From NCBI GenBank assembly GCA_045658185.1, contig JAZOUQ010000145.1, positions 1 through 51,246 of the forward strand: a DNA stretch of 51,246 nucleotides, in the 5' to 3' direction. This DNA comes from Eubacteriales bacterium. Its GTDB lineage: Bacteria > Bacillota > Clostridia > Oscillospirales > CAG-272. The position numbers and the translations under genes were made by a program. How positions within the stretch are numbered: the first letter of the stretch is position 1; every line of letters begins with the position of its first letter. The notes beneath the pieces were generated by a model. The model did not search any database, was not told the DNA's origin, and saw only the letters and a list, made by a program, of their open reading frames with translations. Shown one piece after another: positions 1 to 7,685 of the stretch.

Positions 1-602
1 ATTTTTCTGCATGCATCTGTTCCAAGTATATCTGCATCGGGGTTGCTTTCTGCATAGCCTTTCTTTTGCGCATCCAGAAGTGATTCCTCAAATCCTGCGC
101 CGTAAGAGAACATTTGAGTGAGAATGTAGTTGGTGGTTCCGTTGAGTATACCGCTTATTTTATTTACCTTGTTTGACGAAAGGTCATTTATCAAGGGTCT
201 TATGATCGGGATACCGCCACCGACACTCGCTTCAAACAAATATCTTACGCCGTTCTTCTTGGCAAGTTCACAAAGCTCAACTCCGAATGTAGACACAACC
301 TCTTTGTTCGAGGTAACTACGTTCTTACCCGCCTCAAGACAAGCCTTTGTAAAATCATAAGCAGGGTGAGAGCCGCCCATCATTTCGGCAACCACGGTAA
401 CCTCGGGGTCATTAATGATAGTGTCAAAATCGTGAACTATGCGGTCACCAAAGGGACTGTCGGGAAAATCTCTGAGATCGAGAATATATTTTATATTATA
501 TTCACAGCCAAGTCGCTGTTCAATTATAGCTTTGTTTTCCGTTAGAACCTCGGCAGTTCCGCTACCTACCACACCGAAGCCTAAAAGTGCAATGTTGATC
601 AT
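1..602 (-). CDS. hom: homoserine dehydrogenase, 5' part (3' end runs off the window start)
   Basis: Reverse-strand translation from the ATG (complement of 600-602) reads MINIALLGFGVVGSGTAEVL...NVVTSNKEVV...EASVGGGIPIIRPL...LNGTTNYILT...AESNPDADI. This shows an NAD-binding GxGxxG followed by homoserine-dehydrogenase catalytic-domain motifs. It is absent from the ORF track because no stop lies in the window. The + strand track ORFs 130-360 and 439-666 are its shadows. Confidence 0.9.
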   Translation of the reverse strand, partial: MINIALLGFGVVGSGTAEVLTENKAIIEQRLGCEYNIKYILDLRDFPDSPFGDRIVHDFDTIINDPEVTVVAEMMGGSHPAYDFTKACLEAGKNVVTSNKEVVSTFGVELCELAKKNGVRYLFEASVGGGIPIIRPLINDLSSNKVNKISGILNGTTNYILTQMFSYGAGFEESLLDAQKKGYAESNPDADILGTDACRK

Positions 603-669
603 AATTTTACCTCTCAAAAATGTGTATACTAATATAATAACACATTTTCTTAGAAATTGCAAATAAATA

Positions 670-698
670 TTGAAAAAAAATCAAAAATATGGTAAAAT
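670..698 (+). promoter_or_regulatory. sigma-A-type promoter for the DUF4364 gene
   Basis: TTGAAA (670-675), 17-nt spacer, TAAAAT (693-698), with TG at the extended -10 position. An AGGAG RBS and the ATG at 742 lie downstream. Confidence 0.45.
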
Positions 699-741
699 AT
701 TTACTATAAGCAGATAAAGTGTCCCTAAAAAGGAGTTTTTT

Positions 742-1287
742 ATGAGTTCAGCAATAGGAAGCATCAATAACGTCAAGATATTTATTCTTTATTTAATGAA
801 AAACGTAAATTATCCTATGGATTTTTTTACAATAAACGATATAGTTATGCAAACCGATTACGTAATGTATTTGGATTTTGCGGTTGCGTTTAATTCTTTG
901 CTCGATTCAGGCTTGATCGAGAAAATAGAAGAGGACGGCGAGGAAAAGTACCGCGTGACGAAAAACGGCTCAATGGTTGCGGGAGAGCTTAAAAGTGATA
1001 TTCTTTCAAGTATACTTGATAAATCTCTTGCGGCAGCACTCAGATACCTTGACTTTAAAAAGAGAGGCGTTACGCTGAAGTTTGATATAAATGAAATGGA
1101 CGATGGAAATTATCGTATAGAAACAAGCTTTATAGAGGCAGGGCAGTGTGTCTTTTCACAAATGATAGTAGTAGATTCACTTGATAGAGCTAAAAGAATG
1201 AAGCAAAATTTCTATGAGCGACCCGAGGCACTTTACAGAGGCGTTCTTGCATTGTTGTCAGGAAACGTTAATTATATTTTTGATTGA
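742..1287 (+). CDS. DUF4364-family protein (PadR-like winged-helix fold suspected)
   Basis: 181 aa with RBS AAAAGGAG. The N-terminal pattern KIFILYLMKNVNYPMDFFTINDIV...YLDFAVAFNSLLDSGLIEKIE...KYRVTKNG matches my memory of the DUF4364 signature. No HMM was run. Confidence 0.6.
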   Translation: MSSAIGSINNVKIFILYLMKNVNYPMDFFTINDIVMQTDYVMYLDFAVAFNSLLDSGLIEKIEEDGEEKYRVTKNGSMVAGELKSDILSSILDKSLAAALRYLDFKKRGVTLKFDINEMDDGNYRIETSFIEAGQCVFSQMIVVDSLDRAKRMKQNFYERPEALYRGVLALLSGNVNYIFD

Positions 1288-1293
1288 TTTTTT

Positions 1294-1336
1294 AATTCCC
1301 ACACCGAAATTATTTTTGGTGTGGGAATTATTTACA
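1294..1336 (+). terminator. rho-independent terminator
   Basis: Perfect 12-bp stem AATTCCCACACC (1294-1305) / GGTGTGGGAATT (1318-1329), followed by a T-rich run. Confidence 0.7.
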
Positions 1337-1417
1337 AAAAAATAATATTTTTTCTGTACATAATAACAAAAGTCAAATTTTCGTCAAAATATTACAAAAG
1401 TTTTTTTAAAAACACCC

Positions 1418-1445
1418 TTGACATTATGTAAAATAATGATATAAT
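1418..1445 (+). promoter_or_regulatory. sigma-A-type promoter for the SigH-like sigma gene
   Basis: TTGACA (1418-1423), 16-nt spacer, TATAAT (1440-1445). Confidence 0.5.
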
Positions 1446-1489
1446 ATACTTATGGAATTGTGCATGTTACGTTTATTGACGGAGGAAAA

Positions 1490-2074
1490 ATGAGCAAAAC
1501 ATCCCAAAACAGCGAAATATTGCAGCTTATTTCTCAAGTCAGAAACGGAAATGAACCAGCCTTTGAGCAGTTGCTTCAAAAATATACCCCCTTGATCGAG
1601 GGTGCTGTTGCAAGAGTTATCAGCGACGAGGCGTACGTTACACACAAGGAGGATCTCAGACAAGAGGCAACCGTTGTGTTTTACAATTCTATATTGACTT
1701 ATGACATACAGCAGCACGAAGTAGAGTTCGGTTTGTACGCAAAAATTTGCGTGACAAACGCACTTGTTTCTCAGGTCAGGCTGTTGCAAAAGAGAAAAGC
1801 CGAAAGACTTTCTGAAAAATCCGATGAACAGTTGTTTTTATGCGATTCGGAGGACCCGTCAGCACAAATGCTGGAGCAAGAGAGCTTACGAAAACTTTAT
1901 TCGGTCATAAGAGGAAATCTTTCCGAGTTTGAATACCGTGTATGGCAGATGTATATGTCAGGAAGAACCGCAAGAGAAATCGGTTTGGCAGTGCACAAGG
2001 ACGAAAAGTCGGTAAATAACGCCATATACCGTATACGAAAAAAGTTGAGAGTAGTTCTCCACAGTAACAATTGA
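1490..2074 (+). CDS. sigma-70 family RNA polymerase sigma factor with SigH-like layout
   Basis: I prefer the ATG at 1490, 4 nt after GGAGG (1481-1485), over the track's GTG at 1460. Region 2 reads EDLRQEATVVFYNSILTYD...FGLYAKICVTNALVSQVRLLQKRK. The region 4 HTH reads LSEFEYRVWQMYMSGRTAREIGLAVHKDEKSVNNAIYRIRKKL. The spacing resembles B. subtilis SigH. Confidence 0.8.
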   Translation: MSKTSQNSEILQLISQVRNGNEPAFEQLLQKYTPLIEGAVARVISDEAYVTHKEDLRQEATVVFYNSILTYDIQQHEVEFGLYAKICVTNALVSQVRLLQKRKAERLSEKSDEQLFLCDSEDPSAQMLEQESLRKLYSVIRGNLSEFEYRVWQMYMSGRTAREIGLAVHKDEKSVNNAIYRIRKKLRVVLHSNN

Positions 2075-2175
2075 ATGATACGGGAAACCGAATCAGATAG
2101 ACAGGCCCATCCGCAGATTTGTCCATAACTGACGGAAAAGGGGAAAATTCATAACAACAAAGCGAGGTAAAACCA

Positions 2176-2493
2176 ATGAACGAAGAAGTAAGAGTCGATA
2201 TGGAAAACGAGGAGTTTGTTGACGAAACTCTGGTATGTAAAGAGTGCGGCAACGAATTTGTTTTCACAGCTGGCGAGCAGAAGTTCTACAAAGAGAAGGG
2301 CTTTATGAACAAGCCTAAGAGCTGCAAGGCATGCCGTGATGCAAAGAAGAACGCAGGAAAGGCTGCTCGTGAGTACTTCACCACAACTTGTGCAAAGTGT
2401 GGCGGCGAGGCTAAGGTTATATTCCAGCCCTCCAACGACAGACCTGTTTACTGCAGTGCTTGTTTCGAAGAAATTAAGAACGCAAATAACTGA
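2176..2493 (+). CDS. zinc-ribbon protein with a CxxC-x17-CxxC domain
   Basis: CKEC...FVFTAGEQKFYKEKGF...CKAC, then CAKC, 17 residues, CSAC. Four CxxC pairs are counted directly in the translation. Confidence 0.75.
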   Translation: MNEEVRVDMENEEFVDETLVCKECGNEFVFTAGEQKFYKEKGFMNKPKSCKACRDAKKNAGKAAREYFTTTCAKCGGEAKVIFQPSNDRPVYCSACFEEIKNANN

Positions 2494-2509
2494 TTTGTAT
2501 TAAATATAT

Positions 2510-2537
2510 CCTCTTGGCGGAAATATCTGCCAAGAGG
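2510..2537 (+). other. stem-loop without a U-tract
   Basis: CCTCTTGGC (2510-2518) / GCCAAGAGG (2529-2537). It is not followed by T residues, and its function is unknown. Confidence 0.4.
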
Positions 2538-2553
2538 CATTGAATAATATGTA

Positions 2554-2591
2554 AACAACACAGGCTTGTGGACAGCCTGTGTTGTTTTTTT
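2554..2591 (+). terminator. rho-independent terminator
   Basis: Stem AACAACACAGGC (2554-2565) / GCCTGTGTTGTT (2575-2586), followed by TTTTT. Confidence 0.8.
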
Positions 2592-2667
2592 GAAAAATAT
2601 GTGCAAATTAAACAAAAAATATATATTTATTTCTACATTCGCGGTTGAAAAATTACAATAAAATCTC

Positions 2668-2696
2668 TTGAAAAAAATGACAAATTAATGTATAAT
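2668..2696 (+). promoter_or_regulatory. sigma-A-type promoter for the EF-G paralogue
   Basis: TTGAAA (2668-2673), 17-nt spacer, TATAAT (2691-2696). Confidence 0.55.
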
Positions 2697-2760
2697 CTAA
2701 AAGAGAGAGATTCTCAATAATTTGTTTTTTTCGCCGATGGCGAAGAAGGAGGACAAACCG

Positions 2761-4821
2761 ATGGCTAATATGGAAACCAAAAAAATCAGAAACGTTGCTT
2801 TGCTCGGACACGGAGGAAGCGGAAAAACTTCACTTGTTGAAGCAATGCTTTATATAACGGGAACGACTGACCGTTTGGGTAAGGTTGCCGATGGAAATAC
2901 CGTATCTGACTATGATGCAGAAGAAACGAAAAGAGGATTTTCACTTTCAACGTCACTTATGAATATGACGTGGAAGGATTGTAAGATAAACGTTCTTGAT
3001 ACCCCCGGATATCTTGATTTTGTCGGCGAGGTAAATCAGGCACTCAGAGTTGCGGACAGTGCAGTAATTCTGGTTGACGGTAAGGCAGGTATTGAGATAG
3101 GAACGGAGCTTGCTTGGAGTTATGCGGATGCTTACGGACTTCCCAGAGCGTTCTTTATAAACAAGTTTGACGATAACGATGCTCGTTTTGCAAGAGTTCT
3201 TGACGACCTGCACGTTACCTTTGGTAAGCACGTTTGTCCCTTGACTATTCCTATGGTTAAGGACGGCGTTGTTACAGGTTGTATCGACCTTATAGACCAG
3301 TCTGCACACGTATTTGATAACAACGGACGACACAGCGTAGAGATCATTCCCGAGGAATCAATGGAGGCTGTTGAAAAGTACCGTGATATGCTTATGGAGG
3401 CTGTGGCGAGTACCAACGAGGATCTTATGATGAAATACTTCGAGGGAGAAGAGATAACTCATATGGAAGCTATCAATGCTGTCCACGAAGGTATTATTCA
3501 CGGTGAGATAGTTCCCGTATTCTGCGGAGCAGCTACCAAGCTTTGGGGTGTATGGACTATGCTCGATAAGATAACCGAATCCTTCCCAAGACACACAGCA
3601 AAGAAAAACGAAACCCTTGAGGACGGAACTAAGACAGAGATAATTCCCGAGGGTGAGCCTTCATTGTTCGTATTTAAGACCGTCGCTGACCCGTTTGTAG
3701 GAAAGATGTCCTACTTCAAGGTTATGAATGGTACTGTAAAGCGTGATATACTTATGCAGAACAACACAACCGGTGAGAGCGAAAAGCTTGCACATATCTA
3801 TGTGATGAACGGAAAGAAGCAGACTGAGGTTGACGAGCTTTGTTGCGGTGATATTGGTATGGTTGCAAAGCTTACAAGTACCAATACTAACGATACACTC
3901 ACATGGAATAAGACTATGAAGTATGCTTCTATTACATACCCCACGTCTTATTATACAAAGGCAATGACCCCTGTGTCCGCAAAGGACGAGGGTAAGATCT
4001 CCCAGAGTATCGTCAAGATGCTGGAAGAGGATCTTACACTTAAGTATGAAAACAATGCCGAAACCAAGCAGATGCTCGTATCGGGTCTTGGAGATATGCA
4101 CCTTGCAGTTCTCGCCGCTAAGATGAAGAATAGATTCGGAGTTAGTGTTGAGTATAACGATCCTAAGATCGCATACCGTGAAAAGATAACCAAGAGAGCT
4201 GACGTTGAAGGTAAACATAAGAAGCAGAACGGCGGTTCGGGTCAGTACGGACACGTTAAGATCCGCTTTGCTCCTGCTGAGAGCGAGGGACTTACCTTTA
4301 CCGTTTCGGTTGTTGGCGGAACTGTACCCAAGAACTTCTATCCCGCAGTAGAAAAGGGACTTCAGGACGCTATGGTAAAGGGTGTTGCAGGATTCCCGTT
4401 GGTTGGACTTGCGGCTGATCTGTACGATGGATCTTATCACGACGTTGACTCGGACGAAATGTCCTTTAAGATGGCGGCAAACCTTGCATACAAGAAGTGT
4501 CTTGAGCAGGCTGCTCCCGTTCTTCTTGAGCCTGTCGGAGATTTGGATATTACCATTCCCGATTCTCTCGTGGGCGACGTAATGGGCGACCTCAATAAGA
4601 GAAGATCTGCTGTTATGGGTATGGATCCCGCAGAGGGCAAGAAGGGATATACCGTTGTTCACGCAATAGCACCTAAGGCTGAATTGGTAGAATATCCGAT
4701 AGCTCTTCGTGCTATGACTCAGGGCAGAGGCTCATTTGAATACTCCGTAAACGGCTATGATACCGTTCCGGGTAATATAGCAGCGAAGATAGTTGAAAAC
4801 TATAAGAAGGAAAACGCATAA
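2761..4821 (+). CDS. elongation factor G family GTPase (stand-alone paralogue)
   Basis: I prefer the ATG at 2761, which follows AAGGAGG. G1 is GHGGSGKT, G3 is DTPG and G4 is NKFD. EF-G domain IV/V motifs follow (GGSGQYGHV, GSYHDVDS). The gene is not in an rpsL-rpsG-fusA-tuf context. Confidence 0.9.
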   Translation: MANMETKKIRNVALLGHGGSGKTSLVEAMLYITGTTDRLGKVADGNTVSDYDAEETKRGFSLSTSLMNMTWKDCKINVLDTPGYLDFVGEVNQALRVADSAVILVDGKAGIEIGTELAWSYADAYGLPRAFFINKFDDNDARFARVLDDLHVTFGKHVCPLTIPMVKDGVVTGCIDLIDQSAHVFDNNGRHSVEIIPEESMEAVEKYRDMLMEAVASTNEDLMMKYFEGEEITHMEAINAVHEGIIHGEIVPVFCGAATKLWGVWTMLDKITESFPRHTAKKNETLEDGTKTEIIPEGEPSLFVFKTVADPFVGKMSYFKVMNGTVKRDILMQNNTTGESEKLAHIYVMNGKKQTEVDELCCGDIGMVAKLTSTNTNDTLTWNKTMKYASITYPTSYYTKAMTPVSAKDEGKISQSIVKMLEEDLTLKYENNAETKQMLVSGLGDMHLAVLAAKMKNRFGVSVEYNDPKIAYREKITKRADVEGKHKKQNGGSGQYGHVKIRFAPAESEGLTFTVSVVGGTVPKNFYPAVEKGLQDAMVKGVAGFPLVGLAADLYDGSYHDVDSDEMSFKMAANLAYKKCLEQAAPVLLEPVGDLDITIPDSLVGDVMGDLNKRRSAVMGMDPAEGKKGYTVVHAIAPKAELVEYPIALRAMTQGRGSFEYSVNGYDTVPGNIAAKIVENYKKENA

Positions 4822-4827
4822 AAAGTT

Positions 4828-4861
4828 GGACTGACTCGAAATCGAGTCAGTCCTTTAATTT
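4828..4861 (+). terminator. rho-independent terminator of the EF-G gene
   Basis: GGACTGACTCGA (4828-4839) / TCGAGTCAGTCC (4842-4853), followed by TTTAATTT. Confidence 0.75.
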
Positions 4862-4887
4862 GAAAACTACTTGCAAATTCTACCAAC

Positions 4888-5904
4888 ATGTGTTATACTT
4901 ATGATGACCTAAACAGATTTGATAACCGTGGAAGTACCGTAGCAATCACCGATATGAATGAAGCTATTACCGACAGAAACGGACTTATCTATATGCGAGC
5001 GAGATATTACTCGCCTGAAATGCGTAGATTTATCAATGCGGATATTGTTGCAGGTGAAATCTCAAATGCTGTAACTCTTAACAGATATGCATATGCAAAT
5101 GCAAATCCTGTGACGTTTATAGATCCATTGGGATTATCAGTTGCATTAACGCTTGGAATTATGGCATTGGGAGGATTAATCGTTTCAGGAATTAGTGCTA
5201 TATTTTCTGTGGCAGAGCAAAAGAAAACACACGGAGAAGTGAATTGGAAGGAAGTTGCTGTAGATGCAGCGTGGGGATTTGTAGATGGAGCTATTTCTGC
5301 TAGTCCACTTGCTCCTGTAGGTAAGATTGTTAGTGATGCTTTTATTAGCATTGGAAATCAAATGACAGATGCTTATTTTGATTCAGAGAACCAAGAAGAT
5401 GGTCAGTGGCTAAAAGAGATAGATCCTATTCAATTTATGGCTAACGTAGTTTTGGATACGGCTTTTTCTGCAACCTATATTAAAGAAATGCGGCATAAAA
5501 AAATATTATACCAGAATTTAGATGTTTGGGAGAATGTGAAAAAGAGAGAGAGTCGTCGACTAAATAGTAATGTTGCAAAAAAGCGAATTAAAGAAGCTGA
5601 ACAAAAAATTTTTGATTTTTGCGTTCCAAATACAATTAAAGAAGCTCTTCCGGATGCTAAAACTTTTGTATTTGATGTAGTTGGTGAATTGTTTAATAGT
5701 TTATATAGTTGTGTCACTGATTATGTTGCTTTATATGGTGATAGTGACCCCATTGAACAAGGTGATGTAACAGCCACCGATGATTTAACAGTTACCGATG
5801 ATTTAATAGCATCCAATAATTTGACAGACCACGGTTATTCAATGCGATATAATTATCAGAGAAACGATTTTTTGATGAGTACGCACTTATCAAATTCAGT
5901 GTGA
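4888..5904 (+). CDS. orphan RHS-repeat-associated core C-terminus fused to an uncharacterised toxin-like C-terminal domain
   Basis: The YD-type repeat YTYDDLNR is followed by GLIYMRARYYSPEMRRFINADIV...LNRYAYANANPVTFIDPLGL, the TIGR03696-type core ending in DPxGL at 5122-5136. About 255 aa of unrecognised sequence follow. The frame opens only at 4864, just after a TGA, so the RHS shell and N-terminus are missing. No Shine-Dalgarno sequence precedes the ATG. Confidence 0.7.
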   Translation: MCYTYDDLNRFDNRGSTVAITDMNEAITDRNGLIYMRARYYSPEMRRFINADIVAGEISNAVTLNRYAYANANPVTFIDPLGLSVALTLGIMALGGLIVSGISAIFSVAEQKKTHGEVNWKEVAVDAAWGFVDGAISASPLAPVGKIVSDAFISIGNQMTDAYFDSENQEDGQWLKEIDPIQFMANVVLDTAFSATYIKEMRHKKILYQNLDVWENVKKRESRRLNSNVAKKRIKEAEQKIFDFCVPNTIKEALPDAKTFVFDVVGELFNSLYSCVTDYVALYGDSDPIEQGDVTATDDLTVTDDLIASNNLTDHGYSMRYNYQRNDFLMSTHLSNSV

Positions 5905-5945
5905 TTATAACAACATGAAATGGGTTGCTTAAAGGAGTGGAAATA

Positions 5946-6722
5946 ATGGATCTTAACAGTCTTGAATTTGAAATTTTTGCACTAATATTATTACCGACGC
6001 TTTCTTCGAGTATACTGTATGGAGCAGCTAAGTTATTTGTCAAAAGTTATATTAAGGATGTACCTGAAAATTTTCGTCGTGTAAAACCTGCAAAATTTAT
6101 AAAAAGACTTTTCAAGATAAACAGACAAACAATACCTTTAATAATATATATTCATTGTATAGTTGGATTTTTAGCATTACTTCGTATTCCTATTCTGTAT
6201 ATTTTAGATATTTTTTTAGTCGTTTTATATGGTTCTACATTCGGTGTTGCACTCGGGTTGTGGATTGAACATATGACAGCCGCTTTATTTGCCTTGTTCA
6301 CATTTCCAAGTTATTTTACAATTGCTATACAGTTTACCAGATACGATAGGGAAGAGTACAAAAGAAGACGAAAACTCCGACAAGCGGCAAGAAAGGCCGG
6401 TACATATAAAAAGCCGCCAAACTTATTTGAAGAAATTCGCAATGAGATACACTTAAAATCTTATCTAAAAAGAACAGATAGCTTTGGTGAATTAAAGAAA
6501 CAAATAAAAAAAAATTATATTGATTCTAAATATTCTACTAAGAATAAATATTACATAGCATCTAAAAATGCAAAAAAGGTTGAAGAATTGATAGCGAACG
6601 AATATCCTCATACTCACATTCAATACAAAGAGGAAAAGAACAAGAAAACTATGGTCATATATGGTAAATATAGTGATAATAGGACTTGTACCGTATTAGA
6701 AGCAACTATCAGGGATAAATAA
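5946..6722 (+). CDS. polytopic membrane protein with a Lys-rich tail; candidate immunity protein
   Basis: The ATG at 5946 follows AAAGGAG (5930-5936). Several hydrophobic segments are visible (FEIFALILLPTLSSSILYGAA, IPLIIYIHCIVGFLALL, ILYILDIFLVVLYG, TAALFALFTFPSYFTIAI). A K/R/E-rich C-terminal half follows. The immunity role is inferred only from its position directly after the RHS toxin tip. Confidence 0.45.
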   Translation: MDLNSLEFEIFALILLPTLSSSILYGAAKLFVKSYIKDVPENFRRVKPAKFIKRLFKINRQTIPLIIYIHCIVGFLALLRIPILYILDIFLVVLYGSTFGVALGLWIEHMTAALFALFTFPSYFTIAIQFTRYDREEYKRRRKLRQAARKAGTYKKPPNLFEEIRNEIHLKSYLKRTDSFGELKKQIKKNYIDSKYSTKNKYYIASKNAKKVEELIANEYPHTHIQYKEEKNKKTMVIYGKYSDNRTCTVLEATIRDK

Positions 6723-6771
6723 TAAGTAATTATCACCATAGAGATATTCTTGAAAAAACTAAATAAGTTTT

Positions 6772-6815
6772 ACCGCATTGGCGATGGATTTTCTGTTGCC
6801 AATGCGGTTTTGTTT
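6772..6815 (+). terminator. rho-independent terminator closing the RHS islet
   Basis: ACCGCATTGGC (6772-6782) / GCCAATGCGGT (6798-6808), followed by TTTTGTTT. It overlaps the stop codon of the convergent DUF11 gene. Confidence 0.7.
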
Positions 6816-7674
6816 AAATAGTACCCGTTATAACGTATTCAACAACGCCGGGAGTAACGATCACTTCGCCTGATTCGTTACGGGTGAAGGTTGCTGCGGG
6901 AACGGTATCCGCATCTGCATCTCCGGCTGGAACAACGAGCGTTCCGTCGGTATAGTCGTAGCTTGTTGCTGCAAGAGGAGTACCGTTTCGGTAAACGGTA
7001 ATGTTTGAGGGAGCAGGGGTAAAGGTATCGGTAAGCTGTACGTTTTCAGCGGGAATATTTCCGTAATTATATATACGTATTGTATACGTTAGGGTATCAC
7101 CGCAAACCACAGGATTGGGACTCATTGTCTTTACTACCTCCACATCCGCACCGCACAGAACCGATACCGTAGCATCAGCAGTTCCGTTTGCACATTCAGT
7201 ATCACTTGTCAGGTCGGCAGTGTTTGTAATTGTTGATCCACAGGACAACGGGGCAAATTGATTTGGTGTTGCCGTGTAAATTATGTTAGCGGTTGCACCG
7301 GCGGCAAGCGAGGGGAATGAAAACGTTACGGAATCTTCGACAGACGTATCTACAGTAAGCTCTGCGGTGAAATCCTGACCGTTTATCAGAAGAAGTACGG
7401 GATTGTTGAATGAAAGAGGGGTAAGTTCCAGAGAGTCGTATTCAAACGTTCCCAAATTGTCCTCTATAACAATATTTGATACTGTAGAGGAAGATCCGTT
7501 TGTTACGGAAAGGACGTACGTTATAGGTGAGTTTTCGGAATAGGTATCGCCAAGTGTTATTTTTGAAAATTCAAAAGAGGATTCAATCTCTATTTGTGCG
7601 AGATTTGATACCTTTGTTTCAAGCACACCATCGGACGTATACGTTACCGTTGCAAAATTTTCTATTGTTGCCAT
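6814..7674 (-). CDS. DUF11 (conserved repeat domain) protein with two repeats and no signal peptide
   Basis: RBS AAAGGAGAT. There are two copies of the DUF11-like pattern: GDTY...ITYVLSVTNGSSSTVSNIVIEDNL and GDTLTYTIRIYNYGNIPAENVQLTDTF. The composition is T/S/V/N-rich. The N-terminus MATIENFATVTY is not hydrophobic. Confidence 0.65.
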   Translation of the reverse strand: MATIENFATVTYTSDGVLETKVSNLAQIEIESSFEFSKITLGDTYSENSPITYVLSVTNGSSSTVSNIVIEDNLGTFEYDSLELTPLSFNNPVLLLINGQDFTAELTVDTSVEDSVTFSFPSLAAGATANIIYTATPNQFAPLSCGSTITNTADLTSDTECANGTADATVSVLCGADVEVVKTMSPNPVVCGDTLTYTIRIYNYGNIPAENVQLTDTFTPAPSNITVYRNGTPLAATSYDYTDGTLVVPAGDADADTVPAATFTRNESGEVIVTPGVVEYVITGTI

Positions 7675-7685
7675 AAATATCTCCT

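Noticed and set aside
130-666. Two + strand track ORFs (130-360 and 439-666) at the window start.
   Set aside because: The opposite strand encodes a clear homoserine dehydrogenase N-terminus across the whole interval, so these are shadow ORFs.
3661-4662. Long antisense track ORFs inside well-identified genes. Examples are 3661-4662(-) in the EF-G gene, 9475-10314(+) in addA, 25179-25916(-) in miaB, 31658-32356(-) in tgt, 29484-29969(-) across mutS/mutL, 45343-45870(-) in the sigma gene and 22052-22552(-) in tmcAL.
   Set aside because: Each lies entirely opposite a gene with unmistakable family motifs. None has an RBS, and each translates to low-complexity or Cys/Arg/Ser-rich sequence typical of shadow frames.
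4855-6765. Short similar words near both islet borders (TTGAAAACTA at ~4859 and TTGAAAAAACTA at ~6750) as possible target-site duplications.
   Set aside because: The words are imperfect, about 10 nt long and made of A/T-rich sequence that recurs as -35-like TTGAAA elements throughout the window. This is not distinguishable from chance.
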